Virus record (IMG/VR): IMGVR_UViG_3300019888_000001
Coordinates: 18,111-82,110 of that record
DNA: 64,000 nt
Origin: a virus
Direction: 5' to 3' (one strand)
Below the pieces are notes generated by a model that was not told the origin of the DNA, did not search any database, and worked only from the letters and a program-made list of their open reading frames with translations. Positions 10,453-19,075 of the stretch are shown here, piece after piece; position 1 is the stretch's first letter, and each line of letters starts with the position of its first letter. The position numbers were made by a program, and so were the translations under genes.

Positions 10453-11216
10453 AAATCTCAGGTTATTCATGCATCCGAAACAATTTTAGCCTTGATTACT
10501 GTATCCAGCAAACTATAGAATCGTTACTTCCGGTTTGTAATGAAGTCGTGATTTCTGAATCTGAAAGCACAGACGGAACCCGAGAATTTCTTGATGAGTG
10601 GACAAAACGCGAACCTAAACTTCGAATCGTAAATTATAAATGGCCAAACCCCTGGCGAGATGTCAAATGGTGGACCACGTGGATTAATGAAGCAAGACAG
10701 CATCTTCAATATCCTACCCAAATATTTTTAGACGCAGATGAAGTTTTAAGCCCGGAAGGATACGCCGGGATTAGGGAAGCCGCAAAATTAGGGCAAGCCA
10801 GATGGTTTAGACGATTGAATTTTTGGAAAGACCCATATCACTTAGTAGCAAGCGGAACAGTTTGCGCAGATCAGTGTGTCCGTTTAGGACCTACAGATAT
10901 GTGGATGCCCAGCGACGAACCTCATCCTGATGGCGAGCCGCCTATTATTTTAAAAGCAGGATGGCCTCCTAGTGCTACACCAAATTTTAATATTTTTCAT
11001 TATGGATTTTTACGAAAAGAACGCGCTATGATTGATAAATGTCGAATCGTGGGTGGGGCATTTTTTGGAACCATGGATGCAAGACTCGAAAAGGCCGAAC
11101 TACAAGGTACACCATGGTTAAATGAAGTTTGCCCAGAAAAACCCCTTCAAGATTTTCTGGGTGACCATCCTGAAATTGCTAAACAATGGCTTCGAGGCCG
11201 AATGTATAATATATGA
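10449..11216 (+). CDS. Glycosyltransferase family 2
   Basis: ESTDGT, LDADE and IFHYG motifs. Confidence 0.85.
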   Translation: MKISGYSCIRNNFSLDYCIQQTIESLLPVCNEVVISESESTDGTREFLDEWTKREPKLRIVNYKWPNPWRDVKWWTTWINEARQHLQYPTQIFLDADEVLSPEGYAGIREAAKLGQARWFRRLNFWKDPYHLVASGTVCADQCVRLGPTDMWMPSDEPHPDGEPPIILKAGWPPSATPNFNIFHYGFLRKERAMIDKCRIVGGAFFGTMDARLEKAELQGTPWLNEVCPEKPLQDFLGDHPEIAKQWLRGRMYNI

Positions 11217-11707
11217 TTATAGGTAGCAGCGATCTTTATATTTCGAAACTGTATGTCATAATTGGAACTCCAGAGGACAAAACACTATTAGATTTATGCT
11301 GCGGGGAAATGCCACACACTCGAAGTCTTAAATTTAAAAGCCATTTTGGAGTCGATATTCTAGATTGGCCTAACCGACCAAAAGAAATACCATTTGAACA
11401 AGCTGATCTCCGAATATGGGAGCCAAAACAACATTATGACATAGCCATTCTTTCAGACGGAATAGAACATTTTTCTAAAATAGAAGGAAGAAACATAATT
11501 AAGCGCATGGAATCTTGGGCTGCATTACCTATTATTTTTGCGCCAATAGGAAATTATGAAATTGCACCAAACGCAGTAGATCCTCACTCCCATAAATGTG
11601 GTTGGACTGCAGAGGAATTTCAACAATTAGGATGGCAGACCACTGACTATCCAAACTGGCACCCGACTTTAAATTTAGGCGCGTTTTTTGCTTGGAAAAG
11701 ACAATGA
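11213..11707 (+). CDS. Class I SAM-dependent methyltransferase-like protein
   Basis: LLDLCCG motif I, GVDI, YDIAILSDGIEH. Confidence 0.75.
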   Translation: MIIGSSDLYISKLYVIIGTPEDKTLLDLCCGEMPHTRSLKFKSHFGVDILDWPNRPKEIPFEQADLRIWEPKQHYDIAILSDGIEHFSKIEGRNIIKRMESWAALPIIFAPIGNYEIAPNAVDPHSHKCGWTAEEFQQLGWQTTDYPNWHPTLNLGAFFAWKRQ

Positions 11708-12225
11708 GCGAAACAGGAAAATACCGCCCCTTAACCACGCCGTATTGCATAGGTAATGGTGTGGATATAGGATCGCAGGGGGATCCTGTGGTACCCTGGG
11801 CCATATCCATGGATCTTCCTGCCAATCAGTATTTAATTTATAGTTCCAACAACGCCGCGGATACCGGAATTCAGTGGCACGGAGACGGGCGCGCCCTACC
11901 TTTCAAAGACAATACCCTTGATTTTGTTTACTCTTCACATTTACTCGAAGATTTTTTGGAATGGGGCCCAATATTACAAGAATGGACTCGGGTTTTGAAA
12001 CCGGGAGGACATTTGATAATTTTAGTGCCAGATAAACTGCGGTGGGGTGAAGCTATCCTGCAAGGCCAGCCACCGAATTGTGCTCATACACACGAGTCCT
12101 ATCCTGGAGAAATAAGTGAACAAATTCTTAAAGCAGGATGCAAGTATGCCGTAATCAGAGACAGTTTAACACTAGTTACCCCAGAGGACTACAGCATTCT
12201 TTTTATAGGACTAAAACAAGATTGA
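11704..12225 (+). CDS. Class I SAM-dependent methyltransferase
   Basis: GVDIGS, LPFKDNTLDFVYSSHLLE, EWTRVLKPGG. Confidence 0.85.
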   Translation: MSETGKYRPLTTPYCIGNGVDIGSQGDPVVPWAISMDLPANQYLIYSSNNAADTGIQWHGDGRALPFKDNTLDFVYSSHLLEDFLEWGPILQEWTRVLKPGGHLIILVPDKLRWGEAILQGQPPNCAHTHESYPGEISEQILKAGCKYAVIRDSLTLVTPEDYSILFIGLKQD

Positions 12226-12255
12226 CAAAATCATAGCATAGACTAGCCTTACCTA
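12222..12255 (+). promoter_or_regulatory. sigma70-type promoter, predicted leaderless
   Basis: TTGACA-N16-TAGCCT-N5-ATG(12255). Confidence 0.6.
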
Positions 12256-12683
12256 TGCCCGCTTTTTCATCGCCTCTCCCTGATACCACTCTAGAAGATA
12301 GAGTCGAAAGACTAGAACAACTTCCAATGCGAGTAAGCGCCGGCAACGCCGCTGTAGGTCAGTCTATTTTATCATTTACTTCTAGCGGCGGTATTTCTCT
12401 CACCGGCGGACCGAGTACTGATATCTATACAGTTTCGGCGGGGAAGACCTTTTTTATTACAGATATTTATATTACTGTTAATGAAACTACCACTCCTCAG
12501 TTAGTTCAGCTAAAAGCAGCGGGAGTCGTAATTCTGGAAGCATTCACAATGTCTACTCTTCCGTTTGATGTAGTCGGTATTGAATCACAAGCCTCAGTTG
12601 CGGGGGGCGCGCATCTTTCTATTCAATGGCCATCAGATTCGGGTAAACTTGGAGCTTATTTTATTGCGGGATTTGAGCAATAA
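12255..12683 (+). CDS. Beta-rich hypothetical protein, paralog of 31498-31869
   Basis: GKTFFITDIYIT...IESQ...YFIAGFEQ matches GQTFYITDISIT...LETQ...FFISGYED. Confidence 0.75.
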   Translation: MPAFSSPLPDTTLEDRVERLEQLPMRVSAGNAAVGQSILSFTSSGGISLTGGPSTDIYTVSAGKTFFITDIYITVNETTTPQLVQLKAAGVVILEAFTMSTLPFDVVGIESQASVAGGAHLSIQWPSDSGKLGAYFIAGFEQ

Positions 12684-12800
12684 TTTATGGCCCTAAGCCC
12701 TACGCCAGATGGAGGATATCCCGGCGGCAATATACAAAAGAATTAAATATTAACACCAAAAGTCTTGACACAATCCCACAATTTATGGTAAGGTAAAAAT

Positions 12801-12938
12801 ATGATAGCATTCGTTATTGGGCTGGTTCTCGGTGGCGTGGCTGGATTTTTCATTGGAGACGGTAAAGCTGCAAGCGTTATCGCCGCTCTTGAAGCTGACA
12901 TCGCCGCGCTTAAAGCCCGCCTGAAAAAGAAAAAGTAA
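12801..12938 (+). CDS. Small membrane protein (45 aa)
   Basis: MIAFVIGLVLGGVAGFFIG...KKKK; TTGACA-N18-TAAGGT-N6-ATG promoter. Confidence 0.7.
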   Translation: MIAFVIGLVLGGVAGFFIGDGKAASVIAALEADIAALKARLKKKK

Positions 12939-13084
12939 TGGGCCTAATCTTACTCATCGTTGTAATTCTCTTGCTGTGTGGGGCCTTCCCTACTGGCGGC
13001 TATGGGTTCGGCGGCGGAGCACACGGAGTCCTCGGACTCATTTTGATAATCATTCTTATCCTGTTTTTACTCGGCAGACTGTAA
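12938..13084 (+). CDS. DUF3309-like small membrane protein (48 aa)
   Basis: MGLILLIVVILLLCGAFPTGGYGFGGGAHGVLGLILIIILILFLLGRL. Confidence 0.8.
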   Translation: MGLILLIVVILLLCGAFPTGGYGFGGGAHGVLGLILIIILILFLLGRL

Positions 13085-13131
13085 AAATTGTTGACAAAAA
13101 TCGCGGGTTTTGGTAGTGTAAAAATACACAA

Positions 13132-13269
13132 ATGTTGTGCCCTAAATGTAAGAAGCAGAAGCAGCATCGGTCTTTTTACTGGCGAAAAGATACCAAAAAT
13201 TTAAGCCTTAGAAGTCATTGTAACCAAATTAAAAAAGTTATAAATAAGGAACTTCCTTGGAAACAATGA
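13132..13269 (+). pseudogene. Probable internally deleted endonuclease VII/HNH remnant
   Basis: MLCPKCKKQK..RSF resembles the N-terminus of 18629-19075, but the ORF is only 45 aa. Confidence 0.45.
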
Positions 13270-14573
13270 AAACTCTCTTCCCTATTCAACAATTACATGC
13301 AAGTATATTGTTATCATCACTAAAAAAGAATAGAAGCGCCCTTGATGCAAGCTGCACCGGCGCCGGAAAAAGTATAATCGCTATAGAGATAGCCAAAAAA
13401 CTGGGGCTGCCTACACTGATCGTCTGTCCACTCGCAGTCAAAGGGATGTGGGAGGCGTTGTGCACTGAACAAAAATTTAAACCTATCGCGGTAATTAACT
13501 ACGAGCACCTGCGCTCCAAATCCAATATATTTTGCAAGAAGATAGGCAATCAGTATGCTTGGAATATGGATAAAGAGAGCTTGATTATTTTCGATGAAGC
13601 GCAACGCTTGAAATCATGGAATTCAATCTCAAACAAAATTGGCGTAGCGGCCAAACCCATGCGTACGTTACTCTTAAGCGCAACATTAGCCGAAGACCCA
13701 ACTCATATGCGAGCTGCGGGGTATCTTCTGGGCCTTCATAATTTAAGATCGTATTTTTGTTGGATGCGCGAACGAGGTTGCATAATGAACCAATGGGGTA
13801 GCCCTGTTTTTAATGGCGACAAGAAAATTCTAGATACACTGCATAAAGAAATCTTTCCAAGTCGGGGGCACGGGCTCTCGTTAGCTGATATGACAGATTA
13901 TTTCCCTGCGACTCAAACCGTGTTTGAGCGCGTGAACTTCGGAGATTCAGGCAAAATTCACGAACTTTATGAGGCTATGGCCGACGAACTTGCGATTCTC
14001 GCATCCACGGTTGCAAAAGACAAAAAAGGCGCGGAAGGGCTGACCCTACAACTGCGCGCGCGCCAGAAGACTGAACTTTTGAAGATCCCTCTCTTAATTG
14101 AACGCGCCCAAGAACTTCTTGATGAGGGGCGCAGCGTAGTCGTATTCTGTAATTTTAACGCGAGTCTAGACGCACTAGCGAAGGCATTCCCGACCGCGGG
14201 ACAAATTAGAGGTGAACAGAACTACGAGGAGAGAGACCAGGTAGTGAAGGATTTTCAAACTGACAAGATTCCGTTAATCGTAGCCAACATGGCAAGCGGC
14301 GGGGTTGGTATAAGTTTGCATGGTAAACGCCCCCGAGCTTCCCTGGTTACCTTATCATTTAACGGACCAGACGTGCTTCAAGCCCTTGGTAGAACGCATC
14401 GAGCGGGTGGAAGTTTTAACCAACGATTTATTCTAACGGCCGCCGGGACTATTGAAGAAACTATCGAGGCTTCTGTAAAAGCAAAGATCGAAAACATAAA
14501 AATTATCAATGAAGGTTTTGCGACGATACCCGAAACCTCTGTGCCAGGGCCAGCTCTGGCACAGAGGGATTAA
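13266..14573 (+). CDS. SF2 (SNF2/ResIII-like) helicase
   Basis: TGAGKS, IFDEAQ, LSAT, QALGRTHR. Confidence 0.9.
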   Translation: MKTLFPIQQLHASILLSSLKKNRSALDASCTGAGKSIIAIEIAKKLGLPTLIVCPLAVKGMWEALCTEQKFKPIAVINYEHLRSKSNIFCKKIGNQYAWNMDKESLIIFDEAQRLKSWNSISNKIGVAAKPMRTLLLSATLAEDPTHMRAAGYLLGLHNLRSYFCWMRERGCIMNQWGSPVFNGDKKILDTLHKEIFPSRGHGLSLADMTDYFPATQTVFERVNFGDSGKIHELYEAMADELAILASTVAKDKKGAEGLTLQLRARQKTELLKIPLLIERAQELLDEGRSVVVFCNFNASLDALAKAFPTAGQIRGEQNYEERDQVVKDFQTDKIPLIVANMASGGVGISLHGKRPRASLVTLSFNGPDVLQALGRTHRAGGSFNQRFILTAAGTIEETIEASVKAKIENIKIINEGFATIPETSVPGPALAQRD

Positions 14574-14738
14574 ATGCCCAAACGCTTTGAAGATGAATAT
14601 CCACGAGCTGCGGAATTTCTTTATGAACTCTATGGTAAACCCCGCTTTATTTGTGATCGCGGCCATATTCACGCTTTACCTTATCGGCTGCATTGTGGCA
14701 GCGACTATTGCCGAAAGCTTCCGCTACACGAAAAATCG

Positions 14739-14772
14739 TTGACAATTTAAGCGGATTTTCGTAAAGTAAAAA
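14739..14772 (+). promoter_or_regulatory. Repeated phage promoter, near-identical to 27416-27449
   Basis: TTGACAatttaagcggattttcgTAAAGTaaaaa. Confidence 0.7.
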
Positions 14773-14782
14773 TACTGAATAA

Positions 14783-14995
14783 ATGGCAAAAATCATAGCA
14801 AGTTGTGGGCACGAAATCACGCCCCGCGAAGGATTGGGAGAAATCGTGGCTACAAGAGGATGGACGCGAAACTGTAAACATGCTGTAGACTACCAAACTC
14901 TGTGTTCGAAATGTCTTGCATACTATCGTGCCAATAACGCTATTCTTACACCAGAGCAGGCAGACCAGTGGTTAGGTCTAAAGATATTAAAATGA
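14783..14995 (+). CDS. Small Cys-containing hypothetical protein
   Basis: CGH...CSKC; follows the promoter and is coupled to the next gene. Confidence 0.6.
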   Translation: MAKIIASCGHEITPREGLGEIVATRGWTRNCKHAVDYQTLCSKCLAYYRANNAILTPEQADQWLGLKILK

Positions 14996-16101
14996 AAGAA
15001 GAAAAGCACGCGGAGTTCAGCCCGTCGTCTCTTAACAATTTGGAAGTCTGCCCCGGCTGGAGGCACAGACCCGATCAGGAAGGCAAGAAAAGTCCGGCCG
15101 CGGAACTCGGAACAAAGATCCACGAGGCGTTGGAGACTGGGAAGATCGACGAACTTCCAGATGAGGGCGACGCCAAACACATGGCGCGGCAGTGCGTGGA
15201 CTTTATAGATTCCATTATGGCGGATCGACTGCCAGCAACTCCAACTCAGGACTTTCGCGAGCGAAAACTTACAATCAAGCTGGGCGAGGATATGACGACC
15301 TACGGTACTCTTGACAGACTTATTATTTTTGGGCGCAAAGGTTTCTTGGTCGATTACAAGACCGGGCGCCGCGAAGTCATTGACGCCGAGCTAAACCTTC
15401 AAACTTCGGCATACGCATTGGGGGTTTTCCAAGCACATCCTGAACTCGAAACAATTGAGAGCCATATTCTCCTGCCGGCAAGAAACGAGATCTCGAGCTA
15501 CGAGTTCCCCCGCGCCGCTATGCCTGATATGTCGCTTCGAATCAATACTGTTATCAGGCGCGCAATGGAAAACAACCCAGCTTTATACAACCCTCAAGCT
15601 GGCTTATGCGAGTTCTGCGCGCAGCAGGGGTCGTGCCCAGCCCTTGGTAAAAAAGCACTTTTGATTTCCGCGAAACTCGGCCCCGGCCTCGCAATTCCCC
15701 AATCACTCACGGTGAGCAAAGACCGCCCGCAGGATATCCCTCAGATCCTGGCTTTGGCGCCAATCATCGAATCGTGGGCGAAAGGACAGAGAGAAGAAGC
15801 TCTTCGGCTTAACCTTGAAGAGGGAGTCCAAATTGCCGGGTATCAGCGCGTCACTCGATCACTGCCACGGGCGGTGACCAGTGTTCTCGGTGCCTACGAA
15901 GCAGTCAAAGATAAGATTACACTCGAGGCGTATCTGGCTGCATGCAGTAAAGTTTCTGTTCCAGATTTAGAAGATTTTTTTGCTGAACAAGCCCCGAATA
16001 AGAAAAAAGGTAAGGCAAGACAAGAACTAGAAGATAGATTACGAAGCGCAGGGGTTCTAAGAGAATCAAGTGATATATACTATCTTAAAAAGAAAATATG
16101 A
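14992..16101 (+). CDS. PD-(D/E)XK Cas4/DUF2800-like exonuclease
   Basis: HAEFSPSS..C, GTKIHE, GTLD..VDYKTG, CEFC...CP. Confidence 0.88.
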   Translation: MKEEKHAEFSPSSLNNLEVCPGWRHRPDQEGKKSPAAELGTKIHEALETGKIDELPDEGDAKHMARQCVDFIDSIMADRLPATPTQDFRERKLTIKLGEDMTTYGTLDRLIIFGRKGFLVDYKTGRREVIDAELNLQTSAYALGVFQAHPELETIESHILLPARNEISSYEFPRAAMPDMSLRINTVIRRAMENNPALYNPQAGLCEFCAQQGSCPALGKKALLISAKLGPGLAIPQSLTVSKDRPQDIPQILALAPIIESWAKGQREEALRLNLEEGVQIAGYQRVTRSLPRAVTSVLGAYEAVKDKITLEAYLAACSKVSVPDLEDFFAEQAPNKKKGKARQELEDRLRSAGVLRESSDIYYLKKKI

Positions 16102-16574
16102 CACCGACTGATCTTCATTATGCAGCAGGACTTTTAGAAGGTGAAGGCCATTTTCAATGCTCCAAAGACCCGAAATTTCCTACATCTCGGAAATTTTGTA
16201 TAACTACTTCAATGGCAGATATAGCTCCTCTAGAACGACTACAACAAATTATTGGCGGTAAAATTAGAGGCCCATTTATTAAAAGCTCAAACCGAAAACC
16301 TCTATATAATTTAGCAATAGGAAGACATCAAAATTGTGTACCTATAGCTGCAGAACTGTTCCCTCTCATGTCTCCCCGTAGACAAGAGCAGATAAAAGTA
16401 ATGCTAGAATGGGACTCAAGATGCAAAAAATTACTTTATACTAAAAACTATCCTCACGGGTCGATTGAACGAGCAGTCGGTACCCGGTGTCGTTGCAAAA
16501 CATGCGATCCTAAAAGGCGAGAAATATCACGGGAGTTTACCCGTTTTAAACGTTTATCTGAAGAAAAGCATTGA
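16098..16574 (+). CDS. LAGLIDADG homing endonuclease
   Basis: YAAGLLEGEGHF, LQQIIGG, LFPLMSPRRQEQI. Confidence 0.8.
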   Translation: MTPTDLHYAAGLLEGEGHFQCSKDPKFPTSRKFCITTSMADIAPLERLQQIIGGKIRGPFIKSSNRKPLYNLAIGRHQNCVPIAAELFPLMSPRRQEQIKVMLEWDSRCKKLLYTKNYPHGSIERAVGTRCRCKTCDPKRREISREFTRFKRLSEEKH

Positions 16575-16609
16575 CGGTTCCCGCAAAACTTGATAAGGTA
16601 AATATACAA

Positions 16610-16834
16610 ATGAAGTTTTGGTTACGCCCATCCCGCGAAGAGATTCTTCAAACCCACCTTCGCATTTGGATCGAAATCTCCATGAGGTTAGCCCAAGATA
16701 ACGCAACCAAAGACCACATGATCGACGACCTTGATTTTACAATTGCCCATTTACTCGACAACCAAATAAACCAACACTGCACAGAAGTGATGCAGCCAAA
16801 AACCCAAAAACCATACAAACCATACACATACTAA
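16610..16834 (+). CDS. Hypothetical protein
   Basis: ATG follows the TTGACG-N17-TAAGGT promoter at 16571. Confidence 0.55.
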   Translation: MKFWLRPSREEILQTHLRIWIEISMRLAQDNATKDHMIDDLDFTIAHLLDNQINQHCTEVMQPKTQKPYKPYTY

Positions 16835-16838
16835 GACA

Positions 16839-17564
16839 ATGAAACACTCATTCAAAACACCCCCTCAGCCTGAAGTTGCGGAACAGGCCGAGAATACTGA
16901 AACAACGCTAGCCCGTCCCCTCCAACCTATGCCGCAATTTAGCGGAGACTGGGATTACAACGATACCCGCAAGCCGCGAATTAACTTGGTTCACAAGACA
17001 AGCGATTCTGAGCTAATTGAAAAGTTCGGAATTGGATCATTCGTCTTCCAGAAAGAAGTAAAGCTAAGCAACGGCAAAGATCCTTTGCTGGTGACGGCCC
17101 TGCGCGCGGGTAAGGACTTCATCCAAAAGCTTCCTTTCGGCGCTCCTGACATGCCGCTCGTGTTCAAAACCAAAGACGAAGTTCTAGCCAACGGCGGTTC
17201 GTTTAACAAGAAAGACGAGGCCACCCAAAGTTATTACATTCCTAGGGCGCACATTCTGTTTTTGGTAGAAATGCCTGAAAAAACAGATGACGAAGACTCG
17301 TCCATGTTTCCTTATGAGTTTGAAGGAAAACAATACGGCCTCGCGGTCTTGACGGTCAGTTCCAGTGCGTTCACCGCTACGGCAGTTGAACTCGCCACAC
17401 TATGCAACTTCAACGCAGTGATGCGTAAAGGTATGGAGTATGGTAAACTTGAACTTACCTCAGCGCAGCGTATGTCTCCACGTTACAGTTGGATAGTCCC
17501 GGAAATTCGTTTCAAAAGTGAAAACGACGCGAACTTCGTAAAGTTTATACAAAGTTTGCTTTAA
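16839..17564 (+). CDS. Replication-module protein, possibly ssDNA-binding
   Basis: 241 aa; lies between nuclease and polymerase; function inferred from position only. Confidence 0.5.
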   Translation: MKHSFKTPPQPEVAEQAENTETTLARPLQPMPQFSGDWDYNDTRKPRINLVHKTSDSELIEKFGIGSFVFQKEVKLSNGKDPLLVTALRAGKDFIQKLPFGAPDMPLVFKTKDEVLANGGSFNKKDEATQSYYIPRAHILFLVEMPEKTDDEDSSMFPYEFEGKQYGLAVLTVSSSAFTATAVELATLCNFNAVMRKGMEYGKLELTSAQRMSPRYSWIVPEIRFKSENDANFVKFIQSLL

Positions 17565-17872
17565 TGGATATAACTCAATTAGCCGCAGACCTCGGCATCA
17601 AAACCGAAATGGGAAAAGAACTTCTCAAAGAAGCTATCGATCTTGCCGTCGTCCTTGACGGCAAGAACGCTGACTACAGTTCGGCTAACATCAGTAAATT
17701 CGGGTTGTTTGGAATCGTAGTTCGGCTTAGTGATAAGCTTGAGCGATTAACTAATCTTCTCGATAAAAAAGCGCTCGACTCACCTTGTAACGAGCCTATA
17801 GAAGATACATGCCGCGACGTAGCCGGATACGGTTTGATCGCTAAAATAGTAGCCAGAAAAGGATGGAGATAA
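17564..17872 (+). CDS. Nucleotide-modification-associated domain 1 (DUF1599-like)
   Basis: KNADY...GIVVRLSDKLERL...EPIEDT.RDVAGY. Confidence 0.8.
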   Translation: MDITQLAADLGIKTEMGKELLKEAIDLAVVLDGKNADYSSANISKFGLFGIVVRLSDKLERLTNLLDKKALDSPCNEPIEDTCRDVAGYGLIAKIVARKGWR

Positions 17873-17873
17873 T

Positions 17874-18383
17874 ATGCCCGCAAGCCCAAATGACCCGCAC
17901 CCTAACGAATACACGTTTGCAGAAAAACTAGCCGCGGTTAACGCAGGCGTCATGGCACCCGAAGATTTGGGTGTGCTACCCACTCCAGGAGATGCCTCGG
18001 AGGCTACAGCTGGTGGATTAGAAATAAAACCAGCTACACCGGAAGAACTCGCAAAGAAGCCGGAAACAGGCGACTATATAGTGTTTCAGGCCGCAGTTGT
18101 TCCACTAGATTTAAGAGCAACCTGGTCTGAACTTGATGCTAAAGCGACTAATAAAATCTTGCCTTTTACATTTGATAAAGAGGCATGGAAAGACGCGCAC
18201 AAACATGAGCATGTAATTCAAGCCAAGTTTCAATGCGGCACAGCTAGCGGAGCGATAGAAGGAAAGTTCTCGGATAAAGTATTAGGTCTGTGCAATCTAT
18301 TAGACGCAGCCTCTAAGCAAATACGAGAGTTTTACGCGAATGAAAAAAGCAAGACCGATACCGCAACACCACCGATGGCGTAG
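17874..18383 (+). CDS. Hypothetical protein
   Basis: 169-aa ORF in operon. Confidence 0.65.
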   Translation: MPASPNDPHPNEYTFAEKLAAVNAGVMAPEDLGVLPTPGDASEATAGGLEIKPATPEELAKKPETGDYIVFQAAVVPLDLRATWSELDAKATNKILPFTFDKEAWKDAHKHEHVIQAKFQCGTASGAIEGKFSDKVLGLCNLLDAASKQIREFYANEKSKTDTATPPMA

Positions 18384-18628
18384 CTGGTTTACACCTTCAG
18401 TCCTAGCCCAACGAACAGGTATCACTGACTCCAGAGGTCAGATCTATATGGTTCAACCTGACGGAAGTATCAAACGTATAAGTGAAAGAAAGATTGGACG
18501 GAACAAGAAAACCAATGAATAGTGAGAAAAGATACGTTAAAAATAGAGTCGGAGAAAAACTCCGAACGGGCCTCTTCTCGCCCCAACCATGGGGAGCCTT
18601 GTTTAACATTTAACGTATCTTTATTTTT

Positions 18629-19075
18629 ATGAAATTTTGTCCTAAATGCAGAAAAACAAAAAGTTTGAAAGCGTTTAATAAAAACCAAAAAAGATACGAC
18701 GGCATTCAAGGATGGTGCTCGTCTTGCAGATGTAAAAATTATCAAGAAAGTCCAAAACGAAAAGCGATTATAGCTAAAGCCACTAAATGGAATTATTCTC
18801 ACCCCGAACAACGTTTAAAAATAATTAGGAAAAGTAACTGGAAAAGACTTCACGGGCTTACTGAAACTGAATTTTTGAGTTTACTAAAACTTCAAAAATC
18901 AAAATGTGCTATCTGTAAACAATCATTTCCTAAATTTCCTTCTGTGGATCATAACCATAAAACAGGAAAAATTAGAGGACTACTCTGTGGAAAACGTAAC
19001 TCAGGATTAGGATTCTTTAAGGACACAGTTAAATTTCTGCGTAACGCAATTAGATATTTAAATGCAAACGATTAG
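18629..19075 (+). CDS. Endonuclease VII-like homing endonuclease, possibly inactive
   Basis: CAIC...VDHNHKTGKIRGLLCGKRN; the fourth Zn-binding Cys is Arg. Confidence 0.85.
   Translation: MKFCPKCRKTKSLKAFNKNQKRYDGIQGWCSSCRCKNYQESPKRKAIIAKATKWNYSHPEQRLKIIRKSNWKRLHGLTETEFLSLLKLQKSKCAICKQSFPKFPSVDHNHKTGKIRGLLCGKRNSGLGFFKDTVKFLRNAIRYLNAND

Noticed and set aside
14992-16101. Cas4 as evidence of a CRISPR system
   Set aside because: Ordinary phage replication-module nuclease; no cas genes or array.
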